Shown here: piece after piece, positions 28,436 to 37,423 of the stretch
Numbering within the stretch: the first letter of the stretch is position 1
Layout of the letters: every line of letters begins with the position of its first letter
Source: an uncultured bacterium
Lineage (GTDB): Bacteria; Patescibacteriota; Minisyncoccia; Phycocordibacterales; UBA11359
NCBI GenBank assembly: GCA_903831815.1
Contig: CAIKZC010000001.1
Span: forward strand, 20,188-84,187
DNA: 64,000 nucleotides
Direction: 5' to 3'
Notes under the pieces: generated by a model
Seen by the model: the letters and a program-made list of their open reading frames with translations, nothing else
The model's database searches: none
What the model was told of the DNA's origin: nothing
Translations under genes and position numbers: made by a program

Positions 28436-28603
28436 TTATTTTACAACCGCAACCTTCCCGATACATCGCACACACAACGTCTGATTTTCCCGTGTCTTGA
28501 TATATTTATTTCCGCAAACGCACATCAAAATAGCGCTGACACTTGGGCGTTCAACCCATTTGCCGTCTTGCTGATATGTTTTTCGAGTGATTAGTTTTGT
28601 CAT
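28436..28603 (-). CDS. hypothetical 55-aa zinc-ribbon-like small protein (below ORF-track size cutoff)
   Basis: Manual translation: MTKLITRKTYQQDGKWVERPSVSAILMCVCGNKYIKTRENQTLCVRCIGKVAVVK*, with a CxC...CxxC arrangement. It lies between the helicase gene and the pyrD leader. Confidence 0.3.
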   Translation of the reverse strand: MTKLITRKTYQQDGKWVERPSVSAILMCVCGNKYIKTRENQTLCVRCIGKVAVVK

Positions 28604-28615
28604 AGATTTAAAAGG

Positions 28616-30133
28616 TTAGCCAATAAAGGTTAAAGCTTTCCCTGTTTTGTCGCCTCGTCCAGTTCGCCCAATACGGTGAACATAGTCATCGTAGGTAGCA
28701 GGAAGATCAAAGTTGATCACGTGACTCACGTCTGGAATATCCAGCCCTCTTGCGGCCACATCGGTCGCTACCAGCACCTGCACCTTACTATCTTTAAACG
28801 CACCGAGTGCGCGCTGTCGCTGTCCATGGTTTTTATTTCCATGAATTGATTCAGCTTTGACACCAGCTTGTGAAAGAAGTTTTGAAAGTTTTTCCACACC
28901 ATGTTTGGTGCGTCCGAAAACAAGCACTTTGCTAAATTCTGCTTTTGAAAGCATTTCTCGCAAAACCTGAACTTTGTCGCTACCACCAACTCGCACAACA
29001 TCTTGATCCACGTTTCGAGCGGTATCGCGAGTCTTCACGGAAATACTAACTGGTTCTTTCAAAAATTCTTTGATAAGACCAGCGATTTCAGGAGAAAGAG
29101 TGGCTGAAAAGAAAAGCGTCTGGCGATCCTTGGCCATACGAGACATAATTGCGCGCATGTCATTGATAAATCCCATGTCGAGCATGCGATCAGCTTCGTC
29201 GAGCACAACCGTTTTGAATTCTTCGAGCTTAATAAATTTTCGCTCGATTAGATCCTTGATACGTCCAGGAGTTCCGATAACAAAACTGTGCATCAATTTA
29301 AGTTGTGAAATTTGGCGACCAATTGGCGCACCACCAACACAGCAAACTCCGAAAATTCGAAGCATTGGAGTAAAGAGACGAAGCTCAGCTTCGATTTGAA
29401 TAGCGAGCTCACGAGTCGGTACCATAACGATAACTTTCTCGCGAGGACTAATTAATATTTTATTTATAAGAGGAATAAGAAAGGCCGCGGTCTTTCCGGT
29501 ACCGGTATTAGCAATACCAACAACGTCCTGCCCTTTTATGACATGAGGAATTGCTTTATCTTGAATTGGAGTTGGAGCAGTAAAACCGTGCTTAGCAATA
29601 TTTTGTTTAATGCGAGCATCAATTTCAAAATCATTGAACTTATGTTCAGGCACAAATTTTTCAACGGTCTCAGTAATAACAGCTTTGTTAACAAAACGAG
29701 CTGGATCGATTTTTTGATCCGCTGGACCACGACGGCCACCGCCATTGCCACCGCGACTTCCACCATATCCGCCGCGTGAACTTGAACCGCCACGACTAAA
29801 ACCACTATGTGAGCTTGAGCTTCCATAGGTTTTCTTGGCACCGTAAGTACTTGAAGTATTTCGGTGACCATAGGTCGATGTCCCAGATCTCCAAGTTGAA
29901 ACAGCTCCAGTAGAACCTACACTAGATGTTCGAGGAGATGATCCTTCATAACGACTGGTTGTTCGAGGCTTGTAACTTGAAGAACCGCCTGTACTTGCAG
30001 GACTTCTTACTGAGCTTACCGGGCTTTTATAACCGGTACCGTGACCGCTTCCACTAAATTTGCTTTTATTGCCAAAGGAGCTTCCACCAGCCCCGGGCAT
30101 TTTTCGATAGACTTTGATTATACTCATAGACAC
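28616..30133 (-). CDS. DEAD-box ATP-dependent RNA helicase with Gly/Ser/Arg-rich N-terminal extension
   Basis: 505 aa. Core motifs are Q, Walker A (ANTGTGKT), DEAD (VLDEADRM), SAT and HRIGRTGR. The N-terminal ~140 aa are RGG/S-rich low complexity. Confidence 0.85.
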   Translation of the reverse strand: MSMSIIKVYRKMPGAGGSSFGNKSKFSGSGHGTGYKSPVSSVRSPASTGGSSSYKPRTTSRYEGSSPRTSSVGSTGAVSTWRSGTSTYGHRNTSSTYGAKKTYGSSSSHSGFSRGGSSSRGGYGGSRGGNGGGRRGPADQKIDPARFVNKAVITETVEKFVPEHKFNDFEIDARIKQNIAKHGFTAPTPIQDKAIPHVIKGQDVVGIANTGTGKTAAFLIPLINKILISPREKVIVMVPTRELAIQIEAELRLFTPMLRIFGVCCVGGAPIGRQISQLKLMHSFVIGTPGRIKDLIERKFIKLEEFKTVVLDEADRMLDMGFINDMRAIMSRMAKDRQTLFFSATLSPEIAGLIKEFLKEPVSISVKTRDTARNVDQDVVRVGGSDKVQVLREMLSKAEFSKVLVFGRTKHGVEKLSKLLSQAGVKAESIHGNKNHGQRQRALGAFKDSKVQVLVATDVAARGLDIPDVSHVINFDLPATYDDYVHRIGRTGRGDKTGKALTFIG

Positions 30134-30352
30134 TATAAGTTATTGATTAAGTGAGCAGATTCTTCTGAAGTTTTATCCAAGAACGTGCCAAAATATGGCT
30201 AACTTCTTGAGTTTCAGAGAATCTTGTTCACGGAAACCAAAACTATTGAGATTTGCTTACATAGTGAGTATATACCACTTTTAAGAACCTGTCAATATTG
30301 ATTCAAAAAGCTGGTTTGTTAGTATATAAACACATTTGGGAATTCCCACGTC

Positions 30353-30371
30353 CCCCGCCCACAAGGCGGGG
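30353..30371. terminator. GC hairpin CCCCGCC-cacaa-GGCGGGG followed by T-rich tract
   Basis: Seen directly, 8 nt downstream of the MazF-like gene stop; the T-run is on the plus-strand side (atttatttta). Confidence 0.35.
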
Positions 30372-30378
30372 ATTTATT

Positions 30379-30774
30379 TTATGAGGTCATATGCAAATGA
30401 GTAAATTCCTCTCTAATAAAAACTCCTTCACCTAAAGTCAGTTCACCTATCTTTTTGTCCAAACGTCTATAATCAAATATTCTACTTTGAGACAAAACAA
30501 CTGTTTGCGATGTATTCAAAAAAGATATTGGAACATACCAAGATCCAACCTTCTTTTTTGAAGTCAAAGGTAAACCGAAAAAAGTGTATCTATCATATTT
30601 TTTAAATATGAAAATCGGCCGAGTAAATTTCTCGCTTTTACCATTTATTTCATTTCCAACATTTTCTCCTATATAACACCACCAAACTTCATTTTCTTTG
30701 AATAAAGGCGGTTCGTGGTTCTGTTTATTCAATTTCTCTTTTAACCCTATCCACTCCAAAAATCTTTTGATCAT
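30379..30774 (-). CDS. MazF/PemK-family endoribonuclease toxin-like protein (orphan; no adjacent antitoxin ORF)
   Basis: 131 aa. Block pattern matches PemK/MazF: ENEVWWCYIGENVGNEINGKSEKFRP (cf. GEIWLVDLDPTxGxExxGxRP), IFIFKK (RPVLVV), FGLPLTSKKK (PVTS), and TVVLSQSRIFDYRRLDKKIGEL (cf. xVxxDQIRTIDKxRL..xxG). Confidence 0.5.
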   Translation of the reverse strand: MIKRFLEWIGLKEKLNKQNHEPPLFKENEVWWCYIGENVGNEINGKSEKFTRPIFIFKKYDRYTFFGLPLTSKKKVGSWYVPISFLNTSQTVVLSQSRIFDYRRLDKKIGELTLGEGVFIREEFTHLHMTS

Positions 30775-30849
30775 TTAATGACCATAACATATTGGAGATA
30801 AAATATTTATAAAGAAATAATAGAGAAAAAATGAAGAAAAAACGTTAAC

Positions 30850-32355
30850 CTATTTCTCCAAATCGAGGGTTTCGTCGATGCGAATTTGTTTGACGAATTC
30901 GGGGACGTGGCTCACGAGGATCATCGCTCCTTCGTATGCATTAAGAGCTTCAGCAATAAGAGGAATATGACGGAAATTTATATGGTTAGTTGGTTCATCC
31001 AAAATAAGTAGGCCTGGTTTTTGTAGAAGAAGTCGTGCGAAAGCCACGAGACCTTTCTGCCCTTCCGAAAGACTTCCGATTTTACTATTTATCAAAGTGT
31101 CGCCAATTAAAAATCCGGCGGCGACAGTACGCAAACGTTCCTCATTTACTCTTCCGGTCACAGTATCCAAAACAGTGGCCAGCGATTGGTAAACCGTATC
31201 TTCAAAATTAAGAGTGGAAAAATCTTGTCGGTAATATCCAACTCGCACACCTTCGGAGATTTCCGTCCCTTCCGCTTCCCCTTTAGCCATAGCTTCAAGT
31301 AATGTGCTTTTACCGATACCGTTTGGACCCGCAAGCAACAAGTGCATATTTTTGCGCAAAGTCACCGAGCATTTTCGCATTGTCGGTTTATGATTCTTAA
31401 TCATTTTAAATTTTGTGATGTGCACGATTTCAGCCGGTAAATTTTCTTGAGCCTGTATCGTGAAAGCTCGGATAGTTCTGTCCTCTTTGCGAACATCAAC
31501 TTTAGATTCCTCGAGTTCCTCAGCTTTTTCGCGCATGCGCTTAGCGACGAGTCGCATCTGACCACCTTTCATGGCAAAAAAGTTAGCTTTATCTTTGTTC
31601 TCTTGGATCTCTTTGGCGAGCTGCGCATTCTTGCGATTTTCTTTTTCAATGCGAATTGTAATCTCAGCAAGCACGTCATTGTAGTTTCCGACATACTGTT
31701 CAATCTTGCGAGTATGCACATCCAAATATAAAACGCCATGAGTGAAAGCATTTAGAAATTCTGAATCATGAGAAATAACAATGACGGTCTTTTTGTAATT
31801 CACCAAAAAATTGGTTAAATGTTCGATGCCAGCTTTGTCCAAATTGTTGGTTGGCTCATCAAGAAGCAAAACATCCGGGTCTTGGATGAGAGCTGAAGCG
31901 AGAAGCAAACGCGCTTGCTGACCGCCGGAAAAACTTCTGACCGTGCGATCGTGTGGTGCTTTGAGATTGACCACTTCCAAAACGGCGTCAATTCGCGGAT
32001 CGATGTCATATACTTTTTTGCCGTTTATCAAAACACCCTCGAGTGCTTTTTTAAAAAATTCGAGGACTGTGAGGTCGAGGTCGGCGCGCGGAATAACTTG
32101 CTTGGAAATCGCAATTGAAAGACCTTTTTGAATATGCACTTGGCCATCTTCCGGTCTAAGCGCGCCGATGATCATCTGGAAAAGCGTGCTTTTGCCTGCA
32201 CCGTTTTGTCCCATGACCGTAATTTTACTGCCACGACGAACGGCAAAATCAACCTCATTTAAAATAGGTTTGTGAATACTGTATTCAAATGTCACCTTTT
32301 CGAACCGAATGATAAGCTCACCTCGGTTTTCTGGGCGGTTGTCGTTAGGATTCAT
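30850..32355 (-). CDS. ABC-F family ATPase (two ABC domains, no TM; EttA/Uup-like)
   Basis: Two Walker A motifs (GQNGAGKST, GPNGIGKST), two signature motifs, and an inter-domain linker. Start trimmed to MNPNDNRPENRG; the ORF-track extension is hydrophobic junk overlapping the divergent promoter. Confidence 0.8.
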   Translation of the reverse strand: MNPNDNRPENRGELIIRFEKVTFEYSIHKPILNEVDFAVRRGSKITVMGQNGAGKSTLFQMIIGALRPEDGQVHIQKGLSIAISKQVIPRADLDLTVLEFFKKALEGVLINGKKVYDIDPRIDAVLEVVNLKAPHDRTVRSFSGGQQARLLLASALIQDPDVLLLDEPTNNLDKAGIEHLTNFLVNYKKTVIVISHDSEFLNAFTHGVLYLDVHTRKIEQYVGNYNDVLAEITIRIEKENRKNAQLAKEIQENKDKANFFAMKGGQMRLVAKRMREKAEELEESKVDVRKEDRTIRAFTIQAQENLPAEIVHITKFKMIKNHKPTMRKCSVTLRKNMHLLLAGPNGIGKSTLLEAMAKGEAEGTEISEGVRVGYYRQDFSTLNFEDTVYQSLATVLDTVTGRVNEERLRTVAAGFLIGDTLINSKIGSLSEGQKGLVAFARLLLQKPGLLILDEPTNHINFRHIPLIAEALNAYEGAMILVSHVPEFVKQIRIDETLDLEK

Positions 32356-32415
32356 CGCAGTACTACAGAGTACCTTATATCGGCAAAAAAGCAAAATGAT
32401 GCTAGACTGTGACGT

Positions 32416-33753
32416 ATGGCGAAAAACGCAGAAAAAACCGTAAATGAAGCGAAAGACGACATAAAAAAGACCGCGCACAACATGATCGACGTGAACGTTT
32501 GGGACGTGGCGGTGATCGGTGGCGGACCGGCCGGCATGATGGCGGCTGGAAGGGCGGCCGAGCGCGGTCTGCGCGTGGTTTTGCTCGAGAAAAACGAGGC
32601 GCTCGGCCGCAAACTCCTCCTTACCGGCGGCGGTCGGTGCAACTTGACCAACGCAGAGCTCGACACTCGCAAACTACTTTCAAAATTTAAAGACAACAAC
32701 AAATTTCTTTTTTCGGCTTTTTCGCAATTTTCCGTTCAACAAACTCTGGATTTTTTCCACGATCACGGCATGCAAACCAAGATCGAAGCCGGTCAACGAG
32801 TGTTTCCCGCTAGCGAAATGTCGCAATCGGTTCGCAATGTACTTGAAGATTATTTGAAAAGCGGAAAAGTTACAGTTCAAAGCAATTCACCTGTCAAAGG
32901 TTTTATAAAAAGTTTCGATTCGGAAAACACAAAAACAATTTCGGCAATCGAACTTGCAAACGGCGAAATAATTTGCGCCAAATCTTTTGTTCTGGCCACC
33001 GGCGGTAAATCTCGACCGGAAACCGGATCGACCGGTGACGGCTTCGTTTGGCTAAAAGATCTGGGACATACTATTACCGAACCGTCAGCTTCGCTTGTGC
33101 CAATCGCCATAAAAGACGAATGGGTCAAAAAGCTTCAGGGCGTGCCACTCGAAAATGTCAAAATCACCACAATTCAATTTGGGAAAAAGGAAACATTCAA
33201 AAAAGGCAAAATCCTTTTCACTCATTTCGGTCTGACTGGTCCGACGATTCTAAATATGAGTAAAGATATCGGCGAACTACTAAAATACGGAGACGTTGAA
33301 ATTTCGATCGATATCCTCCCCTCTCTCGATTACGGACAACTAAATTTGAAACTTCAAGAAATTTTTACGACTGAAGCAACCAAGAAATTTAAAAATTCTT
33401 TAAAATCTCTAGTCTCATCATCCATCGCGCCGGTCATTGTCAAACTTTCCGGCATCGATCCAGATAAAACCTGCAACGGTGTCTCGCGCGAAGAACGCCT
33501 CAAACTTATTCAACTTTTCAAAGACGTGCGAATAACAGTCGCAGGACTATTAGGAGTTGATAAAGCTATCGTCACCTCCGGTGGTGTCGCGCTCGACGAA
33601 GTTGATTTCCGCACCATGCAAAGCCGTCTTTTCCCCAACCTCTACCTCGTCGGCGACATTCTAGACATTGATCGCCCATCCGGTGGCTACAGTCTTCAAC
33701 TTTGCTGGACTACCGGTTATGTCGCCGGCAATTCAGTGGCCATAAATACATAG
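32416..33753 (+). CDS. HI0933/BaiN-like NAD(P)/FAD-dependent flavoprotein
   Basis: 445 aa with Rossmann motif VAVIGGGPAGMMAAGRAAERG and HI0933-family length and C-terminal pattern. The true start may be the internal MIDVN at 32482. Confidence 0.75.
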   Translation: MAKNAEKTVNEAKDDIKKTAHNMIDVNVWDVAVIGGGPAGMMAAGRAAERGLRVVLLEKNEALGRKLLLTGGGRCNLTNAELDTRKLLSKFKDNNKFLFSAFSQFSVQQTLDFFHDHGMQTKIEAGQRVFPASEMSQSVRNVLEDYLKSGKVTVQSNSPVKGFIKSFDSENTKTISAIELANGEIICAKSFVLATGGKSRPETGSTGDGFVWLKDLGHTITEPSASLVPIAIKDEWVKKLQGVPLENVKITTIQFGKKETFKKGKILFTHFGLTGPTILNMSKDIGELLKYGDVEISIDILPSLDYGQLNLKLQEIFTTEATKKFKNSLKSLVSSSIAPVIVKLSGIDPDKTCNGVSREERLKLIQLFKDVRITVAGLLGVDKAIVTSGGVALDEVDFRTMQSRLFPNLYLVGDILDIDRPSGGYSLQLCWTTGYVAGNSVAINT

Positions 33754-33851
33754 ATGGTATTCTTCCGTTGCGTTTACAAACACCTTAAAAAATGCTATCG
33801 TAATGGTTTGCAGGGTTTTTGGGAGGTAACCATAAATACAACTCAAAAAAA

Positions 33852-36068
33852 ATGAAACATTCACAAAAAGACAAAAAGTGGGCGGTATACGTTAGCACTT
33901 TTCCCCCTCGTGAGTGTGGAATAGCCAATTTTACTCAAGATCTATCTAACGCATTCAACGAACTTTACGCTCCACGTGAAGAGACAAAGATCGTGGCCAT
34001 GAACCTCGATAGTGACGCGTCTTATGTCTATGACAAAAAACGAGTCATCTTTCAGATCCCCCAACCCGATGAATCAAAATATGTCGAAGCGGCGAAATTT
34101 TTAAATAATTCTTCCAAAGTTTCAATAGTCAACGTTCAACACGAGTTCGGTATTTTTGGCGGACCAAACGGTAGTCATATTATTATTTTTTTGCGAGAAC
34201 TTAAAAAACCGGTCGTCATAACTTTCCATACAGTTTTACCGAATCCAAATCAGGAGATCCACGATGTGGTTTCTGCCATCAACAACCATGTTCGCACCAT
34301 TATTGTCATGACCGAAAATTCCAAGAATATTTTGATCAAAGATTATGGCATCAATCCAGAAAAAATTAAAATTATTCCCCACGGCATTCATTCGACTCCA
34401 TATTCCGACAGTTTAAAATTCAAAAAAAAGCTCGGTTTGAAAAATAAGACTACGATCTCAACTTTCGGACTTTTAAGTTCCGGTAAAGGTATCGAGTTCG
34501 GAATCGAGGCTATGACCGAAGTTGTGAAAAAATATCCCGAAGCTGTCTACCTAATTATTGGCGCCACTCACCCGGTCGTATTAAAAAATGAGGGTGAAAA
34601 ATATCGCGAAGGACTCCTGGCGAAAGTCAAAGAACTTGGTCTGGAAAACAATGTTATTTTTTACAATAAATATTTAGACACGCCGGACCTTTTGGATTTT
34701 CTAAATGCCACAGATATTTATCTCGCTCCTCCGCAAAATCCCGATCAAGCCGTATCCGGAACTCTCTCTTATGCTCTTGGTTGCGGAAAACCGATAGTTT
34801 CCACTGCTTTCGCTCAAGCCAGAGAGGATGTCACGCCTGAAGTTGGAATTTTGGTTAATTTTAATGAATCGGGAGGTATTCGCGATGCAATCTTAGATCT
34901 GTTAAATGATCCGGAGAAACGACAAAAAATGGGTATGCTCGCCTATTTCAGAACCCGAAGCCGAACCTGGCAAAATGTAATTCTCAATTATATGCGAGAG
35001 TATATCGAGATCGCACCGGAGCTTGGTGAAACTGAAAAGAATTTACCTAAGATCAAACTCGACCATCTAATCAATATGACCGATAAATTTGGTCTTTTCC
35101 AATTTGCCAAATTGACTGAGGCTGATCCGACCTTTGGATATACGACCGATGACAATGCCCGCGCACTGATCGCTATGATCAAATTTTATGAAGAAACCGG
35201 TCGTAAACGAGCGCTTCCGCTTATCAAGACATATCTCAACTTTCTGGAATTCGTTTCTAGACCCGAAGGTGGTTTTCATAATTACGTAAACCATGACAAA
35301 ACTATTTCTCTTGAGCAACATGTGCGAGAAAATTTAGAAAGTGCCAACTCACGAGCTATTTTTGCCTTATCAAAAACAGCCGTTTCATCGGTGTTACCGG
35401 AAGCAATTCGAGAAAAAGCCGCTCAACTTTTTAGAAAAAATATCGAAACAGGCTGCCAAATGATTGCGCCCCGTTCGCTTTCCTATTTTATAAAAGCCTT
35501 ATCGAAGTGGACTCAGATAGATTCAGGTCCCGAAATTCTAAAATTGATCCAGGAAAGAGCGGACAGGCTTGTGGCAATGTTCGAAGAAAACAGCGATCCT
35601 AATTGGAAATGGTTTGAAGATATACTCGCCTATTCTAATGGACTTATGCCGGATGCTCTAATCGATGCTTATAAAATTTTGAAAAACGAAAAATATTTGA
35701 GCGTGGCCAGAGAATCTATGGAATTTTTGAACGCTTACAGTTTTGACGGGGATGTTTGTGTTCCGATCGGACAAAGCGGCTGGCTCAAGCGTGGCAGTAA
35801 AAAAACTCTACACGATCAACAGCCGGAGGAAGTCGCGATGTTAGTTTTGACGCAGAAATCTCTGTATCAGATCACCAACGACGAACGTCTCCAAGAAAAA
35901 ATGCATTTGGCTTTTAATTGGTTCCTCGGCAACAACACTTTGCATCAAGTCGTATATGATCAAGCGACCGGCGGCTGTTACGACGGAGTCGGTGAAAAAA
36001 ATATCAATCTCAACCAAGGAGCGGAATCGACCGTTATGTATTTGTTGGCGCGTTTGGCTTTTGAATAA
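33852..36068 (+). CDS. GT4-family glycosyltransferase fused to a ~350-aa C-terminal domain of unknown function (possibly six-hairpin glycosidase-like)
   Basis: The N-terminal ~390 aa show the GT-B/GT4 pattern (Gly-rich loop, E..E motif region); the C-terminal half has no clear match. Start taken at MKHSQKDKKWAVYV; the ORF-track start is 33819. Confidence 0.65.
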   Translation: MKHSQKDKKWAVYVSTFPPRECGIANFTQDLSNAFNELYAPREETKIVAMNLDSDASYVYDKKRVIFQIPQPDESKYVEAAKFLNNSSKVSIVNVQHEFGIFGGPNGSHIIIFLRELKKPVVITFHTVLPNPNQEIHDVVSAINNHVRTIIVMTENSKNILIKDYGINPEKIKIIPHGIHSTPYSDSLKFKKKLGLKNKTTISTFGLLSSGKGIEFGIEAMTEVVKKYPEAVYLIIGATHPVVLKNEGEKYREGLLAKVKELGLENNVIFYNKYLDTPDLLDFLNATDIYLAPPQNPDQAVSGTLSYALGCGKPIVSTAFAQAREDVTPEVGILVNFNESGGIRDAILDLLNDPEKRQKMGMLAYFRTRSRTWQNVILNYMREYIEIAPELGETEKNLPKIKLDHLINMTDKFGLFQFAKLTEADPTFGYTTDDNARALIAMIKFYEETGRKRALPLIKTYLNFLEFVSRPEGGFHNYVNHDKTISLEQHVRENLESANSRAIFALSKTAVSSVLPEAIREKAAQLFRKNIETGCQMIAPRSLSYFIKALSKWTQIDSGPEILKLIQERADRLVAMFEENSDPNWKWFEDILAYSNGLMPDALIDAYKILKNEKYLSVARESMEFLNAYSFDGDVCVPIGQSGWLKRGSKKTLHDQQPEEVAMLVLTQKSLYQITNDERLQEKMHLAFNWFLGNNTLHQVVYDQATGGCYDGVGEKNINLNQGAESTVMYLLARLAFE

Positions 36069-36096
36069 ATTTTTTCTTCATTTTTTTTGGATAAAG

Positions 36097-36125
36097 AAAA
36101 ACCCCTGTGCGGGGTTTTCCTTTGG
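36097..36125 (+). terminator. rho-independent terminator ACCCC-tgtgc-GGGGT + TTTCCTTT
   Basis: Seen directly, 30 nt after the glycosyltransferase stop. Confidence 0.55.
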
Positions 36126-36416
36126 TACCGGATTGCCGGTGGGATTGCCTATTTTTTTAAGGTGGTGCCTGATTAAGTATCCAAGGATACTGTAAATGTT
36201 TGGCCCCTTGTGATATGTTAGCGAATCCAGACCTCAAAGCAACCCTAGTAACCTGAATATAGTATACGGAGGGTTCCAAAAATCGGACTTTTTTGAAGTG
36301 CACAAACTGTTGAGAAAATGTGCAAATTGAAATCAGAAAAATATAAGGCTAATTTTCAGGAAGAACATTGGTCTATTTTTCAGGGTCAAAAGTGCAAAAC
36401 TTTATTTATTGAAACT

Positions 36417-36446
36417 TGACAGCTTTTTGAATGCTTGAATATTGAC
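36417..36446 (+). promoter_or_regulatory. candidate sigma70-like promoter TTGACA-N18-TATTGA upstream of tRNA-Gln
   Basis: Seen directly: consensus -35 hexamer and a plausible -10, about 55 nt upstream of the tRNA. Confidence 0.3.
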
Positions 36447-36475
36447 TCATTTTAAAGTATTCTGTGAACACATCC

Positions 36476-36499
36476 GGCGCGCTGCTTCGCGCGCGCCGT
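36476..36499 (+). other. perfect GC hairpin (CGGCGCGC-N8-GCGCGCCG) 4 nt upstream of tRNA-Gln
   Basis: Seen directly: 8-bp all-GC stem in an AT-rich intergenic region. Confidence 0.4.
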
Positions 36500-36503
36500 C
36501 ATT

Positions 36504-36574
36504 GCGGGTTCGTCTAATGGTAGGACATTGCCCTCTGGAGGCAAGTATTGGGGTTCGAGTCCCTGACCCGCAGC
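36504..36574 (+). tRNA. tRNA-Gln (anticodon CTG)
   Basis: Cloverleaf: acceptor TGCGGGT/ACCCGCA with the U1-A72 pair typical of tRNA-Gln, D arm GTC-TAATGGTAG-GAC, anticodon stem TTGCC/GGCAA with loop CTCTGGA, T-loop TTCGAGT. Confidence 0.75.
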
Positions 36575-36587
36575 AATATCAACTTAC

Positions 36588-36893
36588 TCATAAATTCTTA
36601 TATTGTTTTTCTATTTCTTTCGCAACCTCAAAATCCAGATCAGTCACCTTGCCTCCAACATCAAAACGTTGGAGTTCGAATAGTATTTTTGTATAAAAAA
36701 TATGCATATCGGGATGATGATCGATCTGTTCACAAAAAAGTGTGAGATTATTGATGAAATTTATTCCTTCCACAAATGTTTTGAACTCAAATTCCTTGCT
36801 TAATTTATTGTCATGGTATTTCCAACCTGGCAATTCTCTCATTCGTTCCGTTATTTCCTCATCTTTTAAAATTATTGGATTAGATTTTGCCAT
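36588..36893 (-). CDS. pterin-4-alpha-carbinolamine dehydratase (PCD/DCoH)
   Basis: 101 aa with the PCD pattern (W..f.tF.ea..F...v...ae..dHHPd..i.y..v.i.l.thd). Confidence 0.7.
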   Translation of the reverse strand: MAKSNPIILKDEEITERMRELPGWKYHDNKLSKEFEFKTFVEGINFINNLTLFCEQIDHHPDMHIFYTKILFELQRFDVGGKVTDLDFEVAKEIEKQYKNL

Positions 36894-36895
36894 TT

Positions 36896-37258
36896 TTATG
36901 TTTCTTTAGTGTCATAGTAGAAATGTTCGTTCACAACTTTTCCGTCGCGCCATTTCTGAATAGATACTTCTTTTCTATCAACTTTTCCGAAATCCCTATG
37001 ATCAAAATCAAGATGCCACTCTGTTATGCTGATGTCATCACCAATTGCGGTATTTAGCACCGTCGCACCACGGAATTCCATAAGACCACTCACCAAATTT
37101 TGCTGATATTCTCGATTCACCTCTTTTCCAACGCGCGGTTCGCTGTTATTTTCTTGCACTTCAACCTCATCATCGTAATATTTTTCGAATGCGTCGATCA
37201 ACTCGCCTTTTGTGACCATTTCGTTCAGGTTTTCGGATAATTTTTTAATATTTTTCAT
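36896..37258 (-). CDS. SnoaL/NTF2-like fold protein
   Basis: 120 aa; size and pattern consistent with the SnoaL-like (DUF4440/NTF2) superfamily. Weak call. Confidence 0.4.
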   Translation of the reverse strand: MKNIKKLSENLNEMVTKGELIDAFEKYYDDEVEVQENNSEPRVGKEVNREYQQNLVSGLMEFRGATVLNTAIGDDISITEWHLDFDHRDFGKVDRKEVSIQKWRDGKVVNEHFYYDTKET

Positions 37259-37423
37259 TAGTTTTTGATTAGTTAATAAGACTTAATTGTTAGCTATAGA
37301 CCGCTGGAAATCGGTTTTTATTACAATATAAAGCCATATTTTGTGTGAATAACTTATATAGACATGCTGTCAGCAAGTTATATAATTAAACATGTAAGAC
37401 GATTATTAGTTAACAAGAATAAA

